A stretch of DNA of 64,000 nt, from assembly GCA_038045765.1 (NCBI GenBank), contig JBBSXN010000005.1, positions 30,905 to 94,904 on the forward strand. The letters are read 5' to 3'. Shown in pieces: positions 1 through 9,110 of this stretch; position 1 is the first letter of the stretch, and each line of letters starts with the position of its first letter. Below the pieces are notes generated by a model. It was not told the DNA's origin. It ran no database searches and saw nothing but the letters and a program-made list of their open reading frames with translations. This stretch comes from Nanobdellota archaeon (GTDB lineage: Archaea; Nanobdellota; Nanobdellia; Pacearchaeales; GW2011-AR1). Made by a program: the position numbers and the translations under genes.

Positions 1-236
1 CCTTCATTAATCATTTCTCTAACTTCTGCAATTTTTTTCTCTCTATTTGAACTGTCATCTCTGAATTTAGTAAGAATAGAATCTTCTACAAAATAGAATG
101 CACTATCTGGAGTTATTCCTGCACTTTCTGATAATTCAGGATTATCAGTAGATTCTTGAGCAACAACAAAAGAAGATGATAGCAATACTGCTGATAATAT
201 TAATGCAAGAAATACCCAACTGTCTCTTTTATGCAT
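1..236 (-). CDS. secreted protein, 5' portion only (gene continues past left edge), DUF5667-like N-terminus
   Basis: Own translation of the minus strand from ATG 236-234: MHKRDSWVFLALILSAVLLSSSFVVAQESTDNPELSESAGITPDSAFYFVEDSIL... Signal peptide plus an 'ITPDSxFYF' motif recalled from DUF5667 proteins. Absent from the ORF track because it is truncated. Confidence 0.4.
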   Translation of the reverse strand, partial: MHKRDSWVFLALILSAVLLSSSFVVAQESTDNPELSESAGITPDSAFYFVEDSILTKFRDDSSNREKKIAEVREMINE

Positions 237-274
237 GTTTATTATTAGATATTAGTTAGTATTTAATTGTTTTT

Positions 275-284
275 ATCTTGACAT
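275..284 (+). promoter_or_regulatory. ATCTTGACAT box upstream of the TATA element of gene 327
   Basis: TTTTATCTTGACAT is identical over 14 nt to 22142-22155. It lies 43 nt upstream of ATG 327 and upstream of AAGGTTTATAAC (294-305). Confidence 0.3.
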
Positions 285-326
285 AATTAGGCTAAGGTTT
301 ATAACGCCTATAAATTCCAAGAATTT

Positions 327-686
327 ATGGATGATAATGATAGTTATTTGATAGCTGGAACTTTTGGAGCTTTAGCTATGGGTCTTACTTTTTATCAGGT
401 TCATATGAAACCTATGATTAGATTTCAAAGACAATCTGGATTGAGTTTAAAGAAATTGAATTTAACTCATGCTATGAAATTAGACAGACTGATTAATGTT
501 CTTAATGTAAGTGGTATTAGTGAAGGTAAAAAAGAAGAGTTAGAAGAAACTGTTAGTAGATTACCTCTTCGAGTCCAGACTGCTTTTAAGGAATTTAAAG
601 CATGTTATCAACATCGTGAAGAAGTTGCTAAAGCATTATATAGAAGACCTGAAGTAAGAGAGTATCTTAATGAAAGGGAAGATTAA
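327..686 (+). CDS. hypothetical small membrane protein
   Basis: 119-aa ORF with one N-terminal hydrophobic helix (LIAGTFGALAMGLTFY). TATA-like TTTATAA at 298-304 sits about 23 nt before the ATG. No family recognised. Confidence 0.4.
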   Translation: MDDNDSYLIAGTFGALAMGLTFYQVHMKPMIRFQRQSGLSLKKLNLTHAMKLDRLINVLNVSGISEGKKEELEETVSRLPLRVQTAFKEFKACYQHREEVAKALYRRPEVREYLNERED

Positions 687-1411
687 TCTTCCTGTTCGAT
701 TCTAGGGGCTAAGATGAATGAAAGCATGACATTTCCTGTTGGGAAGTCTATTCTTGCAGGTTTGCTATCTGAAAATGAAATTGTTACTCTGCTTGATATT
801 TTTGAGCCTTTAATAAATTTGTTTAGATATTCTAGAGAATATCTTGCTTTTGAAGTGTCTGAGTAAATTTCTACTTCTTCAGAAGAAAATTCTGCTTTTG
901 CTGAGTTTAATCCATGTGCTTCCAATGTGAATCTATTAGGCTCTGAGAAGAAAGTACAGGCATCTGAAACTACTAAGCAATCTTCAACTGCTTCTGTAAA
1001 TGCTTCTGAGTCCATTTTTATAACTGATTTGAATTCGAGATTAAGAAGTTCTTTTTCTTCTGCATCTATGTCTAATAAAGCTAATGTGAAGTCTCTCTTT
1101 ATTCTGTCGTGTATTCCTAATTTAAGAAAATTTTCTGCCTTTTGAATAGTTAATGAACTTCCTGGCTTACATCTTCTTAAAACTGCTTTAAGATTATCAA
1201 GATTAAGACCTAGAGAGTGCTCTTGAGAAACGTCAAATTGAATGAATAAATCTGAAGGTATTCTAAAGTGAACCATAGCTACATTTGCAGGGTCAATTGC
1301 TGTTAATTGAAGGCCTGTGGAATTAACCTTTAATCTTACCTCTGTAACGAGTTCAGATATGATGCTTATAAGGTCTGAGAATAATTTTGGATTTTCAAGT
1401 TTTAGTTGCAT
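683..1411 (-). CDS. pcn: DNA polymerase sliding clamp PCNA
   Basis: 242 aa, the two-domain PCNA size. N-terminus MQLKLENPKLFSDLISIISELVTEVRLKVNSTGLQLTAIDPANVAMVHF fits the archaeal PCNA pattern. Acidic C-terminal end. Confidence 0.85.
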   Translation of the reverse strand: MQLKLENPKLFSDLISIISELVTEVRLKVNSTGLQLTAIDPANVAMVHFRIPSDLFIQFDVSQEHSLGLNLDNLKAVLRRCKPGSSLTIQKAENFLKLGIHDRIKRDFTLALLDIDAEEKELLNLEFKSVIKMDSEAFTEAVEDCLVVSDACTFFSEPNRFTLEAHGLNSAKAEFSSEEVEIYSDTSKARYSLEYLNKFIKGSKISSRVTISFSDSKPARIDFPTGNVMLSFILAPRIEQED

Positions 1412-1503
1412 TTATCTATCCATTATATTGAGCTTTTAAGTTTTATTATAGTGAAAAGATACAATCAAAAGCACGATGTAAATGATACTCGTGCTTTGGA
1501 TGC

Positions 1504-1524
1504 TCAAGGAACATGGTTCCTTGA
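1504..1524. promoter_or_regulatory. perfect 9-bp inverted repeat TCAAGGAAC-ATG-GTTCCTTGA in the PCNA/primase divergent spacer
   Basis: Read directly. The right arm continues into CCTTGACAT (1519-1527), related to the ATCTTGACA boxes. A second hairpin GCACGA-N12-TCGTGC lies just upstream (about 1471-1494). Confidence 0.35.
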
Positions 1525-1563
1525 CATAATAAATGCTATAAAGTGAGAAAGATGGTAATTTTA

Positions 1564-3165
1564 ATGGAAGATAAGTCTAATTTGAAAGAGGATAGAATAA
1601 GAGCGATTACTAAATTATATTATTCAAATCCTAAAGTTCAGCAAGTTTTACTTGAATTTGCTCAAAATAGAGAAACTGTTCCAAGATATTTTGAGGGATT
1701 TGGAAAAAGACCCGATACATTGCAATATATATCAGATATTATGAATTTGGTAAATAAGGGCGCTACTAGCTTTCATGCATCTGAAGAAATATGGAATGAT
1801 CCTCTCTTACTTAATACTGATTTAAGTGAAAAAGAATATAATGAAATAAGGAAAGGTTGGGATTTACTTATTGATATAGATTCACAATGGTTAGATTTCT
1901 CAAAGATTGCTGCAAGACTTTTAATTGAACAACTTGAAAATTATGGTATAAAAAATTATGGTATTAAATTTTCTGGAAGCAAAGGCTTTCATATAATCAT
2001 TGGAAATAAAGCCTTTCCTAAAGAGTATGAAGGAGAGAAAATGAAAGAAAAATTCCCACAGTGGCCTAGGGCAATTTGTGAATATTTAATGAGTCAAATA
2101 TTACCTAAATTTAATAAAGAAAATAGGAGTATCACAGATATAGCTGCTTTAGAATTAAGAACAAATAAAGATAGAAAAGAACTTATGGATGTCGTCTGTC
2201 CAGAATGTGGTAAACCTGTTGTAAAAGATAAAATGATAACTTTCAAGTGTGATTACTGCTCAAATGAAATAAGACTGAAGTATAGTATAATCGCAAAAAA
2301 AAGAATTATGAGGTGCGAAAGGTGTGTCGGTGAATTGACTAAAATACATGAAGAAGAATTTTTAGAATGTAAAAATTGTGGAATTTCTAATATTTCAAAA
2401 ATGAAAGATAATAACTTTGGAATAACTAAACATACTAAAGATGCTTTGGTAGAGAATGTTTCAGAAATGAATGAGAATATTCATAATTCAGGAGGGTTTG
2501 ATTTAGTTCTTGTAGCTCCGAGACATTTATTCAGAATGCCTTATTCTTTGCATGAGAAGACTTCTCTTGCGTCAGTTGTATTAACTAAAGAAGAACTGAG
2601 TAGTTTTAACCCGAAAGATGCAGATCCTATGAAGATAAATATAAGAAATTTTCTTCCAAGTAATTTCGAAAATGAAGCTGGAAGGCTTTTGAAAGATGCC
2701 TTACACTGGAAAAAAGCTAAAGATGCCGAAGAAGAAAAATCAAATAATAATAGATTTCAGGGAAAGAGTTTTGAAAAAGATAAAAAAGACAAAGAGTATG
2801 AAGAATTTAAGTTTGAGAATGTAAATGAAAAAGATTTCCCAGAGCCTATTAAAAAACTGCTAAAAGGATTGGAAGATGGTAAAAAAAGAGGATTATTTAT
2901 TTTAATAACTTTCTTGAGATGTATTAATTATACTCCTGAACAAATTAATGAATTGTGTAGGGAATGGAATAAGAGGAATCCTATTCCATTAAAAGAAGGA
3001 TACATAAGAAGTCAGATTGAGTGGCATTTGAAACAAAAGAGAAAAATACTTCCCCCTAATTATGCTAATGATAGTTTCTACAAAGATTTAATGCTTCTTG
3101 ATAAAAAACCAGAGACAAAGAATCCTTTGGTTGATATGATTAGGAATGTGAGGAATAAGAGATAA
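1564..3165 (+). CDS. priS: archaeo-eukaryotic DNA primase catalytic subunit with double Zn-ribbon insert and PriL/PriX-like C-terminal helical domain (fused form)
   Basis: AEP motifs DLLIDIDS (DxD), SGSKGFHII and APRHLFRMPYSLH. Four CxxC pairs (CPEC, CDYC, CERC, CKNC; nt about 2196-2385). C-terminal KKRGLFILITFLRCINYTPEQINELCREW resembles the PriL-CTD 'R..F.L..FL...G....I' helix. Start moved to ATG 1564, 21 nt after CTATAAAG (1536-1543). The ORF-track start at 1543 is GTG; ATG 1552 is an alternative. Confidence 0.75.
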   Translation: MEDKSNLKEDRIRAITKLYYSNPKVQQVLLEFAQNRETVPRYFEGFGKRPDTLQYISDIMNLVNKGATSFHASEEIWNDPLLLNTDLSEKEYNEIRKGWDLLIDIDSQWLDFSKIAARLLIEQLENYGIKNYGIKFSGSKGFHIIIGNKAFPKEYEGEKMKEKFPQWPRAICEYLMSQILPKFNKENRSITDIAALELRTNKDRKELMDVVCPECGKPVVKDKMITFKCDYCSNEIRLKYSIIAKKRIMRCERCVGELTKIHEEEFLECKNCGISNISKMKDNNFGITKHTKDALVENVSEMNENIHNSGGFDLVLVAPRHLFRMPYSLHEKTSLASVVLTKEELSSFNPKDADPMKINIRNFLPSNFENEAGRLLKDALHWKKAKDAEEEKSNNNRFQGKSFEKDKKDKEYEEFKFENVNEKDFPEPIKKLLKGLEDGKKRGLFILITFLRCINYTPEQINELCREWNKRNPIPLKEGYIRSQIEWHLKQKRKILPPNYANDSFYKDLMLLDKKPETKNPLVDMIRNVRNKR

Positions 3166-3201
3166 AGAAAAGTATAAAAGTTGAATGTATTGTTATTTTT
3201 A

Positions 3202-4533
3202 ATGAAGTTTATTAAATGGGCTACGCGTCCAAGTGCAGTTCAAAGAGAGACTCCAGTTGCATTCTATATGACTCTGAATGGTTTAAAACAGTTCTATGTA
3301 ATCCCTGTTGACCTGGAAAAATCAGATTATTATGTTGAAAAAGAATCTTACTTTAAGCTTTTAGATAAAATCATGTCTGAAGTTATGGTTAATCCTGAAA
3401 AGCATCTAGTAGATTATAATAAGGCTGGTGAAATATTTATAGAAAAAGCTAAAAATGTTTTTAAAAATTTAAATTCTTCACCGAAAGACTTATTGAAAGC
3501 TTACGAAGAATATTTTAACTATGTTACCGAATATAGTGTGTATTTCATAGCTACTTTTGCTGCTGAAGAAATTATCGTCCCGAGGCTTGAGGCTTTATTC
3601 AAAGATAAAATGGTCCTCATCACTTCTCCTGGTAAGCCCCTTACTTATCAGAAAATGCAAAGGGCATTATTTGAAAAGAGTTTAGAAGAAGTAAAAAAGG
3701 AATATGGGTGGATGAATCTCTATAATTATCAAGAAGAGGAGTATGATTTAAATTACTTTAAAGAATTAAAGAAGAACTTATCTAAAGAAAAAGTTGATAA
3801 AGTTTTTGAAGAAATAGAAAAGAATAAAGAGGATTTTAACAATTTTTTAAGTACTGTTAATGATAAAAAAATCAAAGAGCAAGTTCATCTTATGCATGAA
3901 TATGCATTTATTAAAACAGATAGAGTAGATTATTGGAGAAGAGCACAATCTTATGTTGTGCATTTCTTTAGGAAATTAGCTAAAGAAAATAATCTTAATA
4001 TAAAAGAAACTACAAATCTGACTTTAGAAGAAATAAGTGATATTATCTTAAAAAAAATAATTCCGGATAAAAAAAGTCTTAAGTTGAGGGCAGAAAAAAG
4101 ATTTGTTATGAGCATGCAGAAAAATAAAGTTGCTTTAATATATGATGAAAAAGAAATTGATAAAATAAAGAAAATGGTTGAAGATAAAATTGTTAATCAA
4201 ACAGAGTTTAAGGGTGTAACTGCGTGTGGAGGATATGCTAGAGGACCTGCGAAAATAATTACTGATAAATCTAAGCTTAATAAGATAAGAAAAGGAGATA
4301 TCTTAATAAGTATCTGGACCACGCCAGATTATTTGACTGCTATGCATCTTGCTGAAGGCATAATAACTGAAGAGGGTGGCTTAACGAGTCACGCAGCCGT
4401 TACCTCTAGAGAACTAAAAAAACCATGTATTATGAATATTAAGAATGCCAGTAAGATAATAAAAGATGGTGATTTAGTTGAAGTTGATGCTGATAAAGGG
4501 ATAGTTAGGATATTAAAGGAAAGAGATAAATGA
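3202..4533 (+). CDS. PEP-utilising-enzyme mobile (swivel phosphohistidine) domain protein, no ATP-grasp domain (paralog 1)
   Basis: The C-terminal ~105 aa read GGYARGPAKII...GDILISIWTTPDY...EEGGLTSHAAVTSRELKKPCI...GDLVEVDADKGIVRIL, which is the PPDK/PEPS swivel His domain. The N-terminal ~330 aa are helical and lack a GGK ATP-grasp motif. Start moved to ATG 3202 (AGTATAAAAG at 3171-3180). Confidence 0.7.
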   Translation: MKFIKWATRPSAVQRETPVAFYMTLNGLKQFYVIPVDLEKSDYYVEKESYFKLLDKIMSEVMVNPEKHLVDYNKAGEIFIEKAKNVFKNLNSSPKDLLKAYEEYFNYVTEYSVYFIATFAAEEIIVPRLEALFKDKMVLITSPGKPLTYQKMQRALFEKSLEEVKKEYGWMNLYNYQEEEYDLNYFKELKKNLSKEKVDKVFEEIEKNKEDFNNFLSTVNDKKIKEQVHLMHEYAFIKTDRVDYWRRAQSYVVHFFRKLAKENNLNIKETTNLTLEEISDIILKKIIPDKKSLKLRAEKRFVMSMQKNKVALIYDEKEIDKIKKMVEDKIVNQTEFKGVTACGGYARGPAKIITDKSKLNKIRKGDILISIWTTPDYLTAMHLAEGIITEEGGLTSHAAVTSRELKKPCIMNIKNASKIIKDGDLVEVDADKGIVRILKERDK

Positions 4534-6047
4534 AAAAGCTTACAAAAGCAGAAATTAATTTAAAAGAATGGGAGTTTGAATTTCTCCAGAGAAATAAAAA
4601 TTGTATTTTAATGGCTGATTTGCATTGTAGAGGGCTTTATAATAACTTCAAGACAGAAATTAAATTAGATGTAGAACCGTATGATTATATATTTACTAAT
4701 TTTGATAAAGGATATGTAAAAAAGGCTAAGAAAGCTAAAGTGCTTAATCTTTTAAGAAAAGCCAGTGAAGATCATCTATATTTAGAATATGTTTTTAAAA
4801 ATAGTCTATTGAAAATGCAGAATCTGGATAAAGTAATGAATGAGCTTAATTCAAAAATAAAAATGCCTATGAATGATGGTGAACTGACTGATTTATGGGA
4901 AAAATTTGAACAAGGTTATCTAGAAGCAATGCCTTGGTTTTATATTCCATGGTATCTGTCAGAAGAGAATATCTTGACAGATAAAGTAAAGAATAAGTTA
5001 AATAAATATAAAAAAGAGATAGAAAAAATAACGGATTTTGACGAAGCTCTTAGAATTCTTATATTTCCTATAAAAAAAGCTGCTTTTCAAGAAGAACAGG
5101 AATTATTTTTTGAATTACTAAAAATAGCTGAAAAAGATGTGAGTTTTGAAAAAGATAAAGAGTTTAAAGAAAAAATGCAGATTTATCTTAAGAGATTTTC
5201 CTTTTTTCCAACTTTCTATTTTCTACCTATTAGCCCTACAAATGAAAAGATTTTGATAAAAAATATCAAAGAGGCTATGAAAAATAATTTCAAAGTTGAT
5301 TTTGAAATTAAAATTAAGATGCAGATGGAAAATGCCAGAAAATTAAAAAAATTAATGCAGATTATTAATAATGATATAGCCTTGATTAAGGATATTGAAC
5401 TTGCTAGGGAGTTGGGTTGGGTTTTGACAGCGAGTGTTGATGAAGCCCATAGGGCTGGCTCTAAATTTGCTCCTTTTCTTAAAAAAATAGAAGGGAGTAT
5501 TGGAATAAAAAGTGGAAATATTATATTTATGACTTCTAATGAAATAAAATTAGGTCTAAGCAAAAAAGGAGTAGAAAAAATTGATTTTGAAAAAAGAAAA
5601 ATTGGTCAGATATTTGCTTGTTTAAATGGAGAGATATTTGCCGAATTTGGTGAGAAGGGCATTGAATTAAGTAAATGGATTGAGGAATCAAATCAAAAAC
5701 AAAATGTTAATATTTCTGAATTTAAAGGACAGTCTGCCTCAAAAGGATTTGTTCGTGGTAAAATAAAACTTGCTCTTCTCCCAAAAGACTCGTATCGATT
5801 AAAAGAAGGCGAGATTTTGGTTTGTTCTATGACTAGCCCCGATTATGTTCGGGCTATGAAAAGAGCGGCTGCAATAATCACAGATGAAGGAGGTCTTCTT
5901 TCACACGCAGCGATCATGTCTCGTGAATTTGGTAAACCCTGTATTATTGGAACTAAAATTGCAACTAAAGTTCTTAAAGATGGTGATTTAGTTGAAGTTG
6001 ATGCTGATAAAGGAATTGTAAGAATACTCCAAAAGAATAAAGATTAA
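4530..6047 (+). CDS. PEP-utilising-enzyme mobile (swivel phosphohistidine) domain protein (paralog 2, tandem)
   Basis: ATGA overlap with paralog 1. Motifs GQSASKGFVRGKIKL...GEILVCSMTSPDY...DEGGLLSHAAIMSREFGKPCI...GDLVEVDADKGIVRIL. The 38-nt block 5976-6013 is identical to 4462-4499. Confidence 0.7.
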   Translation: MKKLTKAEINLKEWEFEFLQRNKNCILMADLHCRGLYNNFKTEIKLDVEPYDYIFTNFDKGYVKKAKKAKVLNLLRKASEDHLYLEYVFKNSLLKMQNLDKVMNELNSKIKMPMNDGELTDLWEKFEQGYLEAMPWFYIPWYLSEENILTDKVKNKLNKYKKEIEKITDFDEALRILIFPIKKAAFQEEQELFFELLKIAEKDVSFEKDKEFKEKMQIYLKRFSFFPTFYFLPISPTNEKILIKNIKEAMKNNFKVDFEIKIKMQMENARKLKKLMQIINNDIALIKDIELARELGWVLTASVDEAHRAGSKFAPFLKKIEGSIGIKSGNIIFMTSNEIKLGLSKKGVEKIDFEKRKIGQIFACLNGEIFAEFGEKGIELSKWIEESNQKQNVNISEFKGQSASKGFVRGKIKLALLPKDSYRLKEGEILVCSMTSPDYVRAMKRAAAIITDEGGLLSHAAIMSREFGKPCIIGTKIATKVLKDGDLVEVDADKGIVRILQKNKD

Positions 6048-6072
6048 TAAACTTGATAAAACAAATTAAATA

Positions 6073-7110
6073 ATGGCTGAAAATAAAAGGGGAAGTTTTT
6101 CTGCAGATTATATTAGACATAGTAAGGCAGGGTATCCCACATATGCAGGCATAATGATGAGTGATGATCCTACTGCTCCTTTTAATCCTGAGAGGCAAGT
6201 GGAAAGAGATTTAACTCCTGATGGAATTAAAATAGCTCAAGCATCTGCTAGAAAATATTTTGATAATCTGGATCCTAAAAAAGATAAGTTGTATATGCTT
6301 GCAAGTAATGAAGTTAGAGCTTTAGAAACTGCGAAAGTTTACAAAGATGAGGCTATTAGCCGAGGATTTACAATCATCTCTGTGCCTAAACAGGAGAATG
6401 ATATAGGTTATAGGATTACGGGAGGAGGTGTAAGGACTTCGAGCAAATTATCTATAAATTCAAAGAACTTAGTAGCAGATAATGTTTTCATGCCTGCTGA
6501 TAAAAGATTCAAAGTCAATTCTGATAAACTTGCTCCTGAAGTAAGAGCAAAATATCAACAAGCTTTAGCCATAGTTGATAGAGATAATAAGGGAAGTTAT
6601 GGTGCTAACTTGGTCGCTTATGGAGATGAAGTTAAGAAATTATTCCCTGAAGTTAGAACTTCTGAACAAATAGAAAAAGAAAAACTTGGTGTTTTAATAA
6701 ACACATTTGGAAATTATTCTAAAAGACATCAAGAGAGTGGAGCTGCAGATCATATTAAAGTTTTAGCATTTGGACATCAGGACCAGATGGTTGGATTCTT
6801 AAATAGGAATTTTGGTAAGGCTGAACTAGATAATTGTGAAGCTGTGAGTTTTAACTTTGATAATGCTGATAGAAAAGTAGAAGTATCCTATAGAGGGGAT
6901 AAGAAGAAATTGGAAGAGAGATTTTTGATTTTGGGTGCTTTAGGCTCGCTTATGTTCTCATTGATTGGAAGTTTATATCCGAGTTTGACTGGTTTTGCTA
7001 TTGCCCGGGAAAAATTGTTTGAAGTAGGTAGCTTTAGTGAGCTCTGGTTTGTAGTAGGGATGATATTATTTCTAAGTCTCACGATTAGACAGATAAAATA
7101 TAGTAAATAA
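6073..7110 (+). CDS. histidine-phosphatase-superfamily protein with C-terminal double TM anchor
   Basis: Motifs YIRHSKAGY (RHG-type), LTPDGIKIAQASARKYF, LASNEVRALETAKVY (compare SSPxxRAxQTA) and LAFGHQDQMVGFL (second His). The last ~60 aa form two hydrophobic helices. Confidence 0.5.
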   Translation: MAENKRGSFSADYIRHSKAGYPTYAGIMMSDDPTAPFNPERQVERDLTPDGIKIAQASARKYFDNLDPKKDKLYMLASNEVRALETAKVYKDEAISRGFTIISVPKQENDIGYRITGGGVRTSSKLSINSKNLVADNVFMPADKRFKVNSDKLAPEVRAKYQQALAIVDRDNKGSYGANLVAYGDEVKKLFPEVRTSEQIEKEKLGVLINTFGNYSKRHQESGAADHIKVLAFGHQDQMVGFLNRNFGKAELDNCEAVSFNFDNADRKVEVSYRGDKKKLEERFLILGALGSLMFSLIGSLYPSLTGFAIAREKLFEVGSFSELWFVVGMILFLSLTIRQIKYSK

Positions 7111-7156
7111 AAATCTTCTCGGGAAGATTTTTAAAGAAGTAAAGCATCTGAAAAGT

Positions 7157-9064
7157 ATGAAAAGAGGATTTCTCCTGATTGGTATTTTTGTCTCATTTAT
7201 GTTATTGATCATGGGAGTTCATGCGCAAGCTAATAATTCTGGAAATTCTGGAGGAGTTATAGCGAGTGGAAGTGGTGTTAATGTAAATAGTGCTGCCGAT
7301 AAAGCATACGCTTGTTTGAAGGAACAGATAGATGATAAAAGAGAATTATCGCTTGAAGAGGCAATATTTAGTGCTCTGGCTATTGGAAATTATGGAAATG
7401 TCTCTAAAGTTATTGATAATGGAAAGAGTGCTAGTGAAAACTGCTGGCCTAAGAATGGATGTAAATTAAAAGAAACTGCGCAAGTTGCTTTGGCTTATCA
7501 ATCAATGGGAAAGAACACTGATGGTATAAAGAGCTGGTTGCTTTCCAAGTCAAAAAATGCTATTGATTTAGCATGGTATCTTGAAGTTGGAATTGAAAAT
7601 CAAAAAGCTAGTGAATGTACTTTGAAATATGATGCTGGAAATTATAAAATAAATATTGATGCTGACCAGAAAATAACGGGAAGTTCTGGTCCGTGTTTAA
7701 GTGTAAGTAGTTCTGGATATTTACTTAAAGTAAGGAATACTTGTTTAGATAGAACGTTTGAAGTTAGTTGTAAAGAAAGTTTTATTTCAACTTTAATTTA
7801 TCAAAGAGATTTAGGAAATGGTGCTGATTGCCTTGATGAAAATAACTTGACTTGTTTTGTATTGCCTGATACACATTCTGCTTCTTCTCTTGGAACTACA
7901 AGTGAAAAAGTTGATGCGCAATGCTTTACAACTGGAACTAATTGTGACTTTGAGGGAACTTTATGGACTACCCTTGCTTTAAATAAATTAAATGCTAGAA
8001 ATAATGCTACTAGGACTCTTCCTTATTTAACAGCTTTAATTAATGATTATAAAAGATATATGCCTGAAGCTTTTCTTCTAATATTGACTGGAAATGATGA
8101 TTATTATAATATATTAATACAAAATAGAAAGCAGGGACTTTATTGGGAAGCTGATAATAGTTTGAATAATAGATTTTATGATACTAGTGTGGGGATGCTT
8201 GGAATTGGAAGTAGTTCTTCAAAATCTGAGATTGCTTCAACCCAAGGTTATCTTGCTGGAATTCAGACTAAAGAGGGTTGTTGGAATAATAATAATGTAA
8301 GAGATACTGCATTTATACTTTATAGCGGTTGGCCTAAAAATACTATAAAATCTGGGGGAAGTGGGGGAAGCGATGCTCTTTGTCAAGAAGCTGGATTTTC
8401 ATGTGAGAGAATTGGAGATTGTCAAAATGCTGGTGGAAATGTATTAGATAATTTCCAGTGTGTTGGCGTTGGAAAGTGTTGTTCAATTAAAATAGAAAAA
8501 GCGAGTTGCAGTTCACAAAATGGAAATGTCTGCACTTTAAGTCAGGAATGTAATGGGAAGAATGTTGAAAGCAAAGAAGGTGCTTGCTGTGTTGGAAGTT
8601 GTGTTGCAATAACAAGTAATGTATGTGAATTGGCTACTGATGCTTTATGTAAGAGCGAGTGTGGAGATGGAGAGGTAGCTACGAGTGATAGTTGTGGAAG
8701 CTCGGGAGGGGTGTGCTGTGTTGTATTCAAAGAAAGTAGCGGAAGTAATTGGTGGATATGGGTTCTTGTAGTATTAGTCTTGTTAGTTATATTAGGAATT
8801 GTCTTTAAAGATAAATTAAGATTGTTCTTGTTTAAATTTAAAAATGATGTAAAGAGTGAAAGTGTTAGTCGACCTGGGCCAAGTAATAATGCTGGTAGGC
8901 CTGCAGGTCCTGGACCAAGACCTCTAACTGGACCAAGATTTGGTTCTCCTCCAAGAAGCATGCCTCCACAGAGAGCACCAGTCAGACCATTACAAAGATT
9001 AGGAAATACTGTTGATAAAGAAATGAGTGAAACACTTAGAAAATTGAAAGAAATGAGTGAATAG
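7157..9064 (+). CDS. surface protein: signal peptide, alpha/alpha-toroid (prenyltransferase/terpene-cyclase-like repeat) ectodomain, three Cys-rich knots, TM helix, Pro/Arg-rich cytoplasmic tail
   Basis: Signal MKRGFLLIGIFVSFMLLIMGVHAQA. Repeat-like GYLAGIQTKEGCWNNNNVRDTAFILYSGWP. Three C-x4-G-x-C...CC modules at nt 8381-8725. TM WWIWVLVVLVLLVILGIVF. Tail SRPGPSNNAGRPAGPGPRPLTGPRFGSPPRSMPPQRAPVRP. Confidence 0.5.
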   Translation: MKRGFLLIGIFVSFMLLIMGVHAQANNSGNSGGVIASGSGVNVNSAADKAYACLKEQIDDKRELSLEEAIFSALAIGNYGNVSKVIDNGKSASENCWPKNGCKLKETAQVALAYQSMGKNTDGIKSWLLSKSKNAIDLAWYLEVGIENQKASECTLKYDAGNYKINIDADQKITGSSGPCLSVSSSGYLLKVRNTCLDRTFEVSCKESFISTLIYQRDLGNGADCLDENNLTCFVLPDTHSASSLGTTSEKVDAQCFTTGTNCDFEGTLWTTLALNKLNARNNATRTLPYLTALINDYKRYMPEAFLLILTGNDDYYNILIQNRKQGLYWEADNSLNNRFYDTSVGMLGIGSSSSKSEIASTQGYLAGIQTKEGCWNNNNVRDTAFILYSGWPKNTIKSGGSGGSDALCQEAGFSCERIGDCQNAGGNVLDNFQCVGVGKCCSIKIEKASCSSQNGNVCTLSQECNGKNVESKEGACCVGSCVAITSNVCELATDALCKSECGDGEVATSDSCGSSGGVCCVVFKESSGSNWWIWVLVVLVLLVILGIVFKDKLRLFLFKFKNDVKSESVSRPGPSNNAGRPAGPGPRPLTGPRFGSPPRSMPPQRAPVRPLQRLGNTVDKEMSETLRKLKEMSE

Positions 9065-9110
9065 ACTCAAGAAAGATTATATTTATATAAGTAATTTGTT
9101 TAGAGAAAAT

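Noticed and set aside
279-305. Bacterial sigma70-like promoter (TTGACA-N16-TATAAC; similarly 22149-22176)
   Set aside because: The gene content is unambiguously archaeal. TATAAC is better read as the archaeal TATA box and TTGACA as part of the recurrent ATCTTGACA upstream box. The spacing is not conserved at the other sites.
1412-1542. Replication origin between PCNA and primase
   Set aside because: There is no Orc1/Cdc6 gene, no repeated ORB-like boxes and no extended AT-rich unwinding element beyond the background. Only two short hairpins are present.
8542-8961. Antisense or alternative-frame ORFs inside large genes (for example 8542-8961, 32166-32663, 33003-33269, 33420-33947, 5216-5563, 41889-42344, 22724-22921)
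   Set aside because: Each is fully nested in a longer ORF with recognisable domains. They arise in compositionally biased stretches (Pro/Gly/Ala-rich or low-stop AT-rich frames). Their products are low-complexity.
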